DNA of 64,000 nucleotides from Girardia tigrina (taxonomy: Eukaryota), in NCBI GenBank assembly GCA_001938485.1, contig MQRK01221564.1, positions 1 to 64,000 on the forward strand. The letters are read 5' to 3'. This document shows positions 11,275 to 23,459 of this stretch, in pieces. The notes beneath the pieces are model-generated. The model did no database searches and had not been told where the DNA came from. It saw only the letters and a list, made by a program, of their open reading frames with translations. Both the position numbers and the translations under genes were made by a program. Position 1 is the first letter of the stretch, and the number at the start of each line of letters is the position of its first letter.

Positions 11275-12790
11275 ACTTTTAATTTACAAATAATATCGCA
11301 AACATATAAAATTTATTTTTTAATAAATCTGAGATTCCATTTACGTGGTGCGCTCAATAAGTAGTGAGCCTAACATAGAAATAATATTCTGATTCCAAGG
11401 TAATATTTGTGATATTTGTTTTAATCTATTATTTGTCTTTAGGTTAGAGAGCGCATAAATTCGAAAATGTCATTGGAAAACTTTCAATATTTAAGCGTTA
11501 ATCGTTTTTTGTTAATGATATGGAAGAGCCGGGAATAAATATTCGTGGAGCTTAGTTCTGTTTATGGAGAAGAGAGTTCATCCATATCTACTGTCAAACG
11601 ATGGTTCAACCATTTTCGAATGGTTGAACGTCTGTTTTTGATGAAGAAAAGTCAGATAGGCTACGTGAAATTGGCGAAGAAATAGCTAAAGAACTCAAGA
11701 AAATCATGTAGTGTGAGCGTCGAAGCACGACCAGAGAACAATGCGATTAAATGTCAGCACAGGTATCATACAATCATTGCTTGCGAAAACTGGAATTATA
11801 AAATTGTGTTCACGCTTCGTGCCACGGTTTTTAACTGCAGACATGAAGGATCGGCAATTGATGTGCTGCCAGGAAAACTTAAACCTCTATGAACGTATTG
11901 GAGACCGCTTCTTACAGTAATTACTACTTCCGGGTCGTGTTACAGGCCAGAAAGCTGAGAAGGAAGAGCAGAGTTTGTGAGTTATATTATTTGCACGACA
12001 ATACACCCATCCACACAAGTAGGCTGTCAATGTCATCAATTGAGGGTTGTGGTCTAACCCTGCTCTCACACCCTCCATACAGCCCGGATCTGGCGCCTTC
12101 CGATTATCATCTCTTCAACCACCTCAACTGAGCTCTCAGGGGTTAGCATTTTGCTACGAAAGAAGATTTGAAGGATGCAATCTCAAATTTCTTGGCTCAA
12201 CAGCCAGCGAAATTCTTCGAAAAAGCCTTTCTGGACCTTGTTGTGCGCCTGAAAAAATGTGTTGGTGTGAATGGAGATTTCTTTGAGAAATGATAGCTTT
12301 ATAACTTGCTTGTTATGAAAAATAAATTTTATTGGAATCAGATTATTATTTTTATGTTAGGCTCATTACTTATTGAGCGCACCACGTAGACTGTGTTTCA
12401 ATTTCGTATATAAAATTAATATGTAATGGGTACAAAGTCATATACACTTGAAAGACGTCTCGACATTTCTGCAAGAGAATCAAAGAACATGGCTGTATTG
12501 TTGGTGAAAGTAATATTACAGAACACTGAGAAGTTTATAAATTTAAAGAACAGATTAACATAAAGAATTTAAAATTCTGTGCTCAGTTTAAAAATTATTT
12601 GGAGAGAGTGGCATAGGAAGCACTATAAAACAGATTTTTAGATCTTAATGTTAATATGCAAACTGGTTTCTCGACAACATTATTGAGTGTATTTAGATGA
12701 CAATTATTCATCTATTACATGATCAAAGCTTGCCTATATAAGCAGATTTTAAATTCTTAATTTTTTTATGACCTGACGATGACGGTTAAA
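11275..12790 (+). mobile_element. 5'-truncated PLE (GIY-YIG fragment and half hammerhead) split by a mariner insertion
   Basis: Removing 11344-12388 rejoins KSEIPF/RLCFNFVYK..CNG..TSRHFCKRIKEH; GAC-CTGACGA-T-GACGG at 12770-12785. Confidence 0.7.
11344..12386 (+). mobile_element. Internally deleted mariner (DD34D-type)
   Basis: TIRs starting CGTGGTGCGCTCAATAAGTA, TA TSD; TVKRWF helix-turn-helix and HDN-34-YSPDLAPSD; the first catalytic Asp region is missing. Confidence 0.9.
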
Positions 12791-13389
12791 ATAATAAAAA
12801 AAATTTTTAAATAACGTCTTTATGTGTTCAAATTTAAAATGCCACTATTCTTTTGTAAGTTTTTATATAGAACTAACAAAGAATTCGTTTCACAAAATAT
12901 ATTTTGATCATTAAAACAAATACACAAAAATGCGAGAATTAATAATGAAATAATTAAAACAACATTTAATTAATTTTAAATAAATTAATATTTATTTGAA
13001 TGATTGTACTTTTGAATAATAATTTAATAATAATGTTCTTCTTAACATCTTTAATTATTTATATAACACTATTATTAATTGAATGATTTAATAGTTTGAT
13101 TTTTTATTTGAGAAATGTATTATCTGTATTATTTGAAAAGGGTTAAAATAGTGACACATTCAAAATAGCGAGAATTAAAATAAGGATTTTAATTGTTGTT
13201 CTTTTTAATTAATATGTTTAAATTTTGGTTTATATTCTTATAAATTGAAAAAAAAACTTAAATATTTTTTAAATATCCTTATCCTCTAAAGATCCTTATC
13301 ATTTAAGGTAGTTGTAAAAATATGAGTATGAAGAGTTATTTAATTTTCATTTTGCTGAAAATATTTCTTCTTTTGGACCTTAGCCGTAC

Positions 13390-13660
13390 GGCCATGGGTG
13401 CGCCCAATTATACACAAACCTTCGCTACCTCTCTCTATTTGTACCCTTTCTTATCATATATTCCATATTCAATCAGATCAGTTCTTTTAAGTCTTAAGTA
13501 CATTGTCTCTTTTGTCTTTCTCTTGATCTTTCTCCTTCCAATCTTCCTTTAATAATTACCTTTACTTGCACTTGTTTTCTTATCTGATGTCTATAGAATT
13601 TCAACTTCCCTCTATTGATCGTCTCTTCAATTGACTTCTATATTTCTATTTTAGAAAAAT
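13390..13660 (-). mobile_element. RTE-clade LINE 3' fragment
   Basis: KLKFYRHQIRK...IIKGRLEGERSRERQKRQ resembles the RTE/BovB C-terminal motif GKIEGKRxRGR. Confidence 0.6.
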
Positions 13661-13996
13661 AAGAAAATTGTTCAACTAATCATTATTATAAAGATTGCAA
13701 TAAAAATCTATTAAAATGATGTCACAGTGAAAGATATTTCGAGAGTTGTGAGGACTCTAAATGTGATATTAATAAATGTTCAAATAGTTGTATCAGTGGT
13801 CTTACAAAGAACAAATGAAGATAGGAAATGCTCAGAGAGATCCTTTTCTGATTTGCTAAAATATTTAATTTTTATTTATCTGTAATTTTTTATTCATTGA
13901 TTATGAAAATTTTTGTTCATCAAAATATTTGATTCCCATTTACATTTTTATTAGCTCACTTTCTATATATATATAGGTATGTATATATATATATGT

Positions 13997-14341
13997 ATCC
14001 ATGGAATTTAGAAACCTATTTTTGAAGGCCCTCTACTCAATCAATTTTCTTCAAACTTTGCACACTCATTTTCGATGAAAATAAATGATTATGTGAAAAT
14101 TTGATCGAAAAAAACTTTTTAAGATACCAAATGGGAAAAAAAACAAAAAATTCGGAGTTCTCGAACAATATTAATTGCTAGATATCTATTTATAAATTAT
14201 AAGTAGTTTATATTGATTTGTATTGCTTTTTTTAATAAAAATTTATATCTTAAAATTTTAAGTTTTAAAAACTTTGTTGACAAACTAGAAGTCTGTCTGC
14301 ATAAAGAATGGATATAAAAAATTTAATTTTTTGATTTACTA
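13997..14341. repeat. Dispersed repeat; inverted copy at about 32815-33270
   Basis: TATCCATGGAATTTAGAAACCTATTTTTGAAG and the following ~340 bp match the reverse complement of 32815-33270, apart from the MITE inserted there. Confidence 0.8.
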
Positions 14342-15680
14342 TTTTTTAATTCTACTTGCTAAATAATGGTCATCGTTTTGATAAATCAACACAAATGTAT
14401 CGATATTTGTTTTGTCTTCAGATTACGGTTTATCCGCCGAAATTAGTCTATATGAATTCTAAAATACCTAACCACCATGATTTATATATTTAATTATGTT
14501 TCCTGAAATATATAATCTTTACAAATATAAAAAAAAATAATTAAAATTTAATAATCAAAATATGTGACACAAAATTATAAAAAATAGCCAGAATAAATTT
14601 TATAAATTAAAAATAACTCATTATCATATTTCCAAGTTCAAAAAGAGAAAATAAACGAAAATTTATAATTATTATTATGATAATATTTAATGATAGTGTT
14701 GGTTATAAAACTATTTATAAAATTTATAATCTATAACACATTAATATGTATACAACATTAATCTATAAACAATTAAACTGACTGAATGAATTAGTATTCA
14801 GATAAGTACCAAATGTTCAGAAAATATTCATTTAATGATAATTAAAACAATTAAATTTCGGAATTCTATTTTTATTCTTTTTGTTTTAATTTTAGAAATT
14901 TAATTTTAGTTTAATGGTTAATAAAAATTTATCGACTGTAAAAATTTAATGTTTTATTGAATATTATTTTATTTTAATTTCAATCATATTTACTTCATAA
15001 TATCTTTACTGTAAAATAGAATTCCGTGGGCGAGGATCTCTAGCATCTAACGATCGACCATGCTTTTAATTTACAGAAAATTATTTAATCTATTATTTTA
15101 TCTTAAAAATCAGATTCTCATTAAATTTATCAAAACTGAAACTTAAAAATAATATCTAAATCGATTAAAATGTATTCTAAAATAACAAAAAAGCCTGTTT
15201 GGCGAGTGTTTTTCTAAGCATCTTTGTTTGTGATTTTAGGGATTCAATTTCTGCGTTCAGGTTGGGTGGGGAAACCGCTGTGGTTATCCATGGAAAAATT
15301 TGATTAGTCAGGGTTATCTCCATAGTAGTTTTTCCAATTTTTAAAAATTAAATTAATGATATAGTTTCAGAGACGATAGCTAGTACCAACTGCAGCTGAG
15401 AAGGGAAGGCTACAGAAAAAATATTCATCCTGATTCCTATATGAGTGAGATTAGCTTGTGCCTTTGCAATGTACTGTGAGTGAAGAGTGGTACCTAAGGA
15501 ATTTGACTTAAAATAAGCCTGAAGCAAGTCTTGTTTTGGTCTGGTGAGGATGAGTACAGCTTGTTTCGGTTTTTCGTACAGGTGCCTACTGGTAAAAATG
15601 TTGTCAATTCGGTTTATAATTTGTTGAAATCGAGAGTTATTTTATTTAATTTAATAATTTTAGTCATCAGTTGTTCAATT

Positions 15681-16270
15681 TAATAGTATCAAGTAGTTCA
15701 TTTATTTTATTTTGATTATGTAAAAGACAACTTCAATAAAAGTACACTTTTCCAAGAAGTTAAATATAAAAGATTCTTTTGTAAAGACCACGCTTATATA
15801 GCAATCAACATATGGACTTCGAAGACTATCTAATCGGAATACTGAGGAAGTTTTGAAGATTGGGGTTATTTTCTACAATGAATTTTAATAATCGGTATGA
15901 CTGCAGAGACTTCTGGAGTTTGACTGTGAATAGATCGCAATTTTTATCAATTTGATCGATTTGAAATAGAGATTTAAGCGTCACAACTCGAACAAGTTTT
16001 ATGATTAAGCTTGTTGTTGAGGTGAATGACCGACCGGTTGAAGAAAGCATTTTATGTCTTTTAAGAAAGTTATGATTACTGGAAAAAATAATTTTAATTT
16101 ATAAATACAATGTTGATAATCTCAAAATATTTTGTGGAAAGAATGAATAATCAATCATTTAGTTTGAATACTTTTGAATTGAAATTTCAGCTCATTCAGA
16201 CTGCAAAGAGTGGGTGGAAGATTGTTTGCGAGATTTGTAGTAGAATAAACAAACAGACGAAATGAGTTTG
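15681..16270 (-). repeat. 590-bp segment, near-identical inverted copy of 30982-31571
   Basis: Both carry the MLSSTGRSFTSTT... ORF, with only a few substitutions. Confidence 0.92.
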
Positions 16271-17493
16271 AATAATTTTCGTAAAAAAATGATATTATAA
16301 AGAATAGTGTTAGATAAAAACTATTAAAAAATAGAATTATTTAACTACTTACAAGTAATATTTCTATTAGTACTAATGATTATTATTAGTTAAAAGTACC
16401 AAAACATTCTAATTAGTCAAAAATCTTTTTAATTTTTTTTCTTAATTTCTATGTTTATTAAGTAAATTTTAATAAAATTATTCTTCAATAACTTATTTTT
16501 ATTACATAAATTTAAAATACATAAAAAGAAACTTAAAGAAAAAAAATCTTCTTAAAAAAAATCTTTACATTGTAACAAAATGTTAAATAAAAATATTTTA
16601 TGACAATTGCTTTAATCAAATTTTGAATTTTTTTAAAAAAAATTAAAAGATAATTTTCTTTAAAGAAATATAAAAATTTAAAAATTTTAAAATTAAAAAT
16701 AAAATTTTAAATTAAAATGACTTTGTCGAATCAAACTCCTCGAATCCCTCAAATGATAATTATTGTGTTGACATATTTAAAAATTGATGGCAAAGTAGAA
16801 TTGATGGTCATTCTAGAAATTAGGGGAAATATTCTCTTTTTAATGAATATTATCTATGTATTGGGAATTTATTTAATATATTAGCAAGGGAATTTATCAT
16901 CTTTAAAGAAAAAGTCTAAACAATGGAGTCAAAAAAGAAACTCTTTTAAAATTATAATAAAAACAAATTATCAGAAATTGTTTTTAAAAAGTAATTATTT
17001 TATTAAATTATTTACTTCTATTAAACCTTCCGATTACCGCATAACCTTTTTATATAATTAATTAATTATATATTACTAATTTTACTAAATATTTTTAAAA
17101 GAAATTAAAGTTAAATTAAATATTTTCACGAAATGATTTTGAAAATAAAAATTTTATTATAAATTAAGTTTAATAATTTTATAATTTATAAATTATATAA
17201 TAAATTGATAAATTAAATTTAAAGAAAATTTAAGAAGTGTATTCGGGAGAAATGATTAAATAAACGAAAAATTTGTTAAAAAATGTGTATTATTTTTATT
17301 AAAAAAATTGTGTATTAAAGATGAATTCGGATTCTGAAATGTCAAAAAACGACAATACAACAAATTATACTAACAAGTATGAAATTGATAATATGAAATA
17401 TAAACAATAAGATTCATCAAATAATTGAAGTTAAAAATATAGAAAAATTATTATAAAACGAAAATTATTTATAATTAATAAAGTTGATGTCAC

Positions 17494-18353
17494 TGTGAGG
17501 AATATTTGAATGTTTGATGTTTTGTGTTTGAATGTGTATGTTGATTTATAATTGTGTCTCTCCTACCCGATGGATGATCAATATTTGAATTCTTATTATC
17601 TAAAAATATGGAATGTTTAAATTTATTTTTAAATTCAAATAATTGTAAAATATAAAATAAGTTATTGAATTTTTACATTTTTTAATAAATAAATCAAATT
17701 AATATTTTTTAAATAATTAATAATCATTTTAATTTCTATCCAATAAGTTTTGAGTAAATATTTTAATAAATTATTTATATCACCATTTGTTAAAAATAAA
17801 AAGAATAAATTCATTAATCAATTTAGTTAGAATGTACTTGTACGAAAGTTTCGACAAAGATTGTCTCCAAAATTATCAAACTTGTTGTGTTAATAAAAAT
17901 AGGAAAAGTCAAATTGGTGTTCTTAATTCTGTCAAATAAAAAAATGATTTCGTCTTTTCTTTTTAAAAATGAATCAGATTTCTGTGAATATTCTGATGAA
18001 TTTATTGAACTATATGAAAGAATGCATAACAGTCAAAGAGCCCGTAGAGGTAATCAGATCGAGAAAAATAAATTTTACCGATGTACCGAACACAATCTAA
18101 ATATTTAGCGACATTAAACCTTTTAATCGCAATTTATTTACGTCTTTTGGCTGATGTTCTCCTGATAAAAAAATGAAAATTTGTTACGGTTTCGTGGTTG
18201 AATTAGCGGAATGTGTTCGAAAAGAAATGTCAATTCTATGTTCCTACGACTAATCAATCAATGAGAATTTGGATTTTCATTAATTAATTTAATTTCATTA
18301 ATTAATTTAGTTTAGAATGCACTCGTACGAAAGTCAAATCGGTGTTCTTAATA
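17494..18353 (+). mobile_element. Solo-LTR-like element (TGTGAGGAATA...GTTCTTAATA) with a duplicated 3' end and an internal insert
   Basis: Flanks GTCAC/GTTAC (4 of 5 match); the 3' block occurs at about 17810-17928 and again at 18277-18353. Confidence 0.65.
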
Positions 18354-21190
18354 GTTACAAAATCAATTTATTGTATAGTTAAATCTCCAGGTTTCACTTC
18401 ATTATTCATTATAACAACAAGTAGAATTTATTAATTATTTACAATCTTTTTAGAATACTTAAACAGATAATAATCACAACTTTCCCCTCTTTTGTAATTC
18501 GTTATTCACTTTCTTAATCCACTCAATTCTTCGACAAATTATTTTTCCATCTTTCAAATTCTGTAGTTCCAATTGGTGTGGCGATATATGGCTTAAAATT
18601 TGGTACGGTCCATCGAATGGGAAGGTATCCTTTCTCAGTTTTGTAGGATCTTGTTTTACAAAGACTTTCTGACCATCCTCGAAATGTCGATTTGTTCTCT
18701 TCTCTCTCTCCCAATTTTCCATTCGTCTTGCCGCTTTCTCTAAATTTTCTCTTACCTTCATCTTAATCACGTTGCTCTCTTCCGTTTTAGCTATTCCTGC
18801 TGCAGCATGTAAGTTTATTTTTCTATTAAACACAACTTCGAAAGGCGAATATCCGGTCGTACTCTGAACTGTTGCCTTTAGACAGAATTCTATCTTTGGA
18901 ACAATTTGCCACCATGATCGTTTGTATGTGTCTCCTCTGCTTGTTACTATCATGTCTCTCACTGTTCGAATAGTTCTTTCTGCCAACCCGTTTGATTGAT
19001 GTTGAAATGGGCTACTAAATCTTTGTTCGATTCCCTATTACCTGCAAAAATCTTTAGATTTTCCGCCAGTAAAACATTTTCTATTGTGTGTTAATATTGT
19101 TTCTGGCTTCCCATATCTATATATCCATTTTATCAACACGCATTGAACTATGGTGTCTTCGTTTTGAGTTCTAATCTCTGTCAAAGAGACCAATTTCGAA
19201 AACTGGTCCACCATGACCAATAGATATGGGAACATGCTATTCTTGTCATCCACATATGCGATATCCATCACGACTTGCTCTAAAAACTCGTCACTTCTTA
19301 TTGGAATCAACTTCTCTTTTGTTTTTTTCACTTGACATTCCTGACATTCTCCTATAACGATTTGCACCTCTTTTGCTAAATCTGGTAGTATAAAATGATT
19401 TTGGATATACTTCTTTGTCTTTTTGATACCTACATGACTAAATCTCTATGTATTTTACTGATGAAATCTCTTCTAATTTGCTTCGGAACCAAGGGTAACA
19501 CACAATTTCCTTCTTGTCTACCCCATAAACCATTCTGATAAACTAATTGGTCCTTTACTTGTAATAACTCCATGGTGATTTCATTCTTTTCACCCTCTGC
19601 TATCTCCTGTATTTGTTTCAACTGGTTCAACTCTGAGCACTTTTTCTTGTTCATCTTTTATCCATTGAATTATAGACTAAATCACCACTGTATTGATGTG
19701 TTTAACCCTTGCTTTTGTTGATTTTGGTTCTTCGTGTTTTGTTTCACACTGTGCACAAACCTCGTCGTATAGCCGTGATAATCCATCTGCATTTCCATGT
19801 TCGTCACCTTTTCTATACTTCAAATCAAAGTCAAAATCTGCCATGTTTGTTAACCATGTCTGGAATTGAGGAATTATTGGTTTGGAAGTACTCTTCATAT
19901 ACACCAGTGCTTTATGATCAGTTCTTGCTGTAAAACGCTTGCCATATAAATATTGCTTGAAATGTAACATGAACTCTTGTAAAGCTAATAGTTCCTTTCT
20001 TGTCACACAGTACCCTTTTTCATGTGTGGTTAAAGTCCTCGATGCATGCGCGATTACTACTTCTTTCTCTTCTGATATCTGACTTAGAACTGCTCCTATC
20101 GATCCGAATGATGCATCTGTGTCTAAGATGAAATTATTATTCGGGTTCACAAATGCTAATATTGGTGCACCACATAACTTTTGCTTCAATTCGTTAAAAC
20201 TTCTGTCGCACTCGTCGGACCAAAATATTTCTTTACATTTTCCGCTGCATGCACTGTGCAACGGTGCTGCTAATTCTGCGTAATTCTTGATAAATCGTCG
20301 GTAGTAGTTACACAGACCTAAAAAAAATCGTAAATTTTGAGTACACTTCAGAATCGGAAAATTTTGAATTTCTGCCACTTTCAATTTATTTGTTGAGATA
20401 CCTTCTTTGTTAATTGTATGTCTCAGAAAAACCAGCTCTCCCACTCCAAATTTGCATTTCCCTGGGTTGACTTTTAAACCTGTTTTCTTCAGTTTATTCA
20501 ATACTTCTTCTAATAGTCTCATATGATCCTCCATCGATTTCGAGTAAATTAAAACATCATCTAGGTATATTACTACTCCAGAGAATAGTAAATCTTCAAA
20601 TAATGAATTCATTATTCTCTGAAACGTTCCTGGTGCTGTTGAAAGTCCAAACGGTACACGGTTAAACAATACTGCTGTGTTCTTGTGCAAAACGCAGTCT
20701 TTTCTTAAGAACTTTCATCCAATGCTACTTGATGGTATGCTTTGCCTTAATCTATACTGGAAAAAATTCTGGAGCCACCCAGAGCATCCATTAACATTTG
20801 GCTGTCTGGCATTGGAAAGGAAACTTTCTTTGATACATCATTCATTTTTCTGAAATCTAAACAAATTCGAATACCTCCATTTTTCTTTGGCGTAATGAAA
20901 TTTCATTCACTTTTACATTTCCGAATTATTCCTGCCTTTTCTAATCCTATCAGAAATCCTTCGATTTAACTTCCTAAATGAATCGATTGCCTTCTTGGAT
21001 TCAGAAAAATCGTTTTACTTTCTGTTTCAATTTTATGGACAACAATATCCGTAAATCCCAGATCATATTCATGTTTCATGAAAACATCATCATATCGTTT
21101 CACAAGGTCTTCCAGTCTTTTGTTCTGCTCTTGCAGTTTCATATCTGCTTCCACTGTCACAACTGACTTCTTGGTAGTTTTTTCAAGTTT
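18354..21190 (-). mobile_element. Decayed Ty3/gypsy retrotransposon pol (RT, RNase H, integrase), PPT and start of the 3' LTR
   Basis: PFGLSTAPGTFQ, YLDD, DTDAS, TDHKAL, NADGLSR, CQEC, VDQFSK, GLAER, GPY. The purine tract AAAAGAGGGGAAAG is followed by TGTGA at about 18478. Many frameshifts. Confidence 0.93.
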
Positions 21191-22059
21191 GAATCCGAAT
21201 TTATAAAATAAAATTATAAAATAAAATTACAAAATATATTATTTAAATAATATATAAAATCAAATAAATTATATTCAGATTTTATTGTCAAATAAGACAG
21301 CATATAGATAAATACACATTTCCCAAGGTAAATATCCATGAAATGATGAATACAGAATAAAGTAAATATAAATATTTACAGCTTGTAAACTTAGATTAAT
21401 ATTTTGTGATTAAACAAAAACTCCGACGTTTCATCTTGGTTTCCAGAATCCACCCAAGAAAAAGATAAAACATCATTTTTTAATAAATTATAAGCAAAAT
21501 CCGATAGAGATTGGAAACATTGCTGAAAATTTTTTATAAAATGTTTTGATACTATTTTATACTTTGTATAATTTTTTTTGTATCATTAAAACTACATCTA
21601 AAAAATTGTAAATAAATTAAGAAATAAAAACAATTTATGATGTTCAGATTACTTATTTTTTAAAAATTATATTAAAATGAATAATAATGTACAATAAAAA
21701 AAAATTAGTTTTTACCACGTTTTTACCACTTGCTTTCTTGTCTGTCTGGAACAAATCTTGCGATTGATTTTTCGACCACTTTCAGTCATCCAATTCAGAA
21801 GAATTTTTTTATACAGGCTTGTTTTCGATGACAATACAATTTGATAAAAAAAATTTTGAAAAAAAATATTTTTTTCTAATTTTTTTTGCAAAAAGCCACT
21901 TATGATTATCTACAAATGTATACACTGTATTAAATAGCAATCTTTTCGTTTATTTTCATGAATGAAGTTTTATACAGGCTTGCTTCCGATGACAATACAA
22001 TTTGATAAAAAGAAATTTTGAAAAAAAATTCCTAAATGATAACTAAAAATAGTTAAATA

Positions 22060-22506
22060 ATATTATTAATAAAAAAAATTTTTTATAAAAACAACCACAT
22101 TTTTCAAGCATTACGAATGCACTGAAAAGAGGAAAATAATTTTTTCTAGACATGTGAGAAATTTTATACCTAACCAAAAACGTGGGGCATAGAAATGATC
22201 GATTGTTACTAAAAAGCAGTAAAGAGGAAATAGCAGTTACTAANNNNNNNNNNNNNNNNNNNNNNNNNNNNNNNNNNNNNNNNNNNNNNNNNNAACGTGG
22301 GGCATAGAAATGATCGATTGTTACTAAAAAGCAGTAAAGAGGAAATAGCAGTTACTAATAGCAGTAATTCAGAAATCCGCCCCACGTTTTTGGTTAGGTA
22401 TAAAATTTCTAATATGTCTAGAAAAAAATTATTTTCCTCTTTTTAGTGCATTGGTAATGCTTGAAAAATGTGGTTGTTTTTATAAAAAAATTTTTTTATT
22501 AATAAT
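22060..22506. repeat. Foldback/MITE-like inverted repeat with ~130-bp arms
   Basis: 22060-22188 is the near-perfect reverse complement of 22379-22506; an N gap lies between them. Confidence 0.75.
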
Positions 22507-23138
22507 ATTTATTATGATAATCACATTTTAAAGATTTTTTATTACCCCCTGCATTTATCGCTTCCTGAAAACCATATTAATCAAACCAAAAAATTATTAT
22601 TTAACTTCACTATTCTTTTATTTTCACTTTAAAATGTACATTAATTCACTTTTTTCAAATAAAATTCTCTAAAAAACTCAGTGTAAACCAGTTTTGTCCG
22701 CTCAAGTCATGTTACTTGACTCGAAGAAAGAAAAAAATGACTTGACTCGTGACTTGTTTACTAAATGTTTTAGATTCAACTGAACTCGAATTTCTTGATT
22801 GACTTTAAGATTTAGTAAATATTAAAATCAAATGTCATTTTATTAATAATAATTATTATTGCCAATTAAATGAATAGATATTGTAATTTAGTTTAATAAA
22901 ACTTTTGCTTTGGATTTTAAAATTATTAATTGATTGTCAAAAAAATATTATTTATTGTTATCAAAAATCGTAAAATTTTTTGTGGGGTTGGATTTTGCTT
23001 CATTTCAAACAGAAACTTCTAAGAAGATATATCGATGAAAGTAAAACGAAATGAATTACATAAAGTAAGATTATTGCTATTGAGTATAGTTGGTATTGAT
23101 TTTTTCATTTATGCATTTCATATGTTGTAAATTGCTTT

Positions 23139-23450
23139 TGTGAGTAGTAATAGTTACGTAATAAATATTGTTTGTTGCTAACATATATAATCAAGAATAA
23201 TTACGTAATAATTATTGTGTGATTGCCGATGAAATTGATTTTGTAAAGTTAGTTGTGATGATAAAATAATATGGGTTACTTGTCTGATGTTGAATGTATG
23301 TTGAATGTATGCAGAATGTATGTTGTTAGTATGTGTGTGTGTTTGAGAGTGTAAACCAATGAAAAGGCTTTGAAAATATGAGTCATTATAACATCACTAT
23401 TTTCCCCAAATAGTAGAGATTATTGATATTGTGTTATAATTAATAAATCT
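23139..23450 (+). repeat. Dispersed ~300-bp repeat, possibly an LTR; inverted copy at about 45395-45693
   Basis: Colinear match by eye; begins T(G/A)TGAGTAG and contains CCAAT and TATAA. Confidence 0.7.
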
Positions 23451-23459
23451 TAGAATCGA

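Noticed and set aside
21420-21460. GAAACGTC hammerhead-like motif on the minus strand, with a similar one near 26240
   Set aside because: The CUGANGA core is not recognisable.
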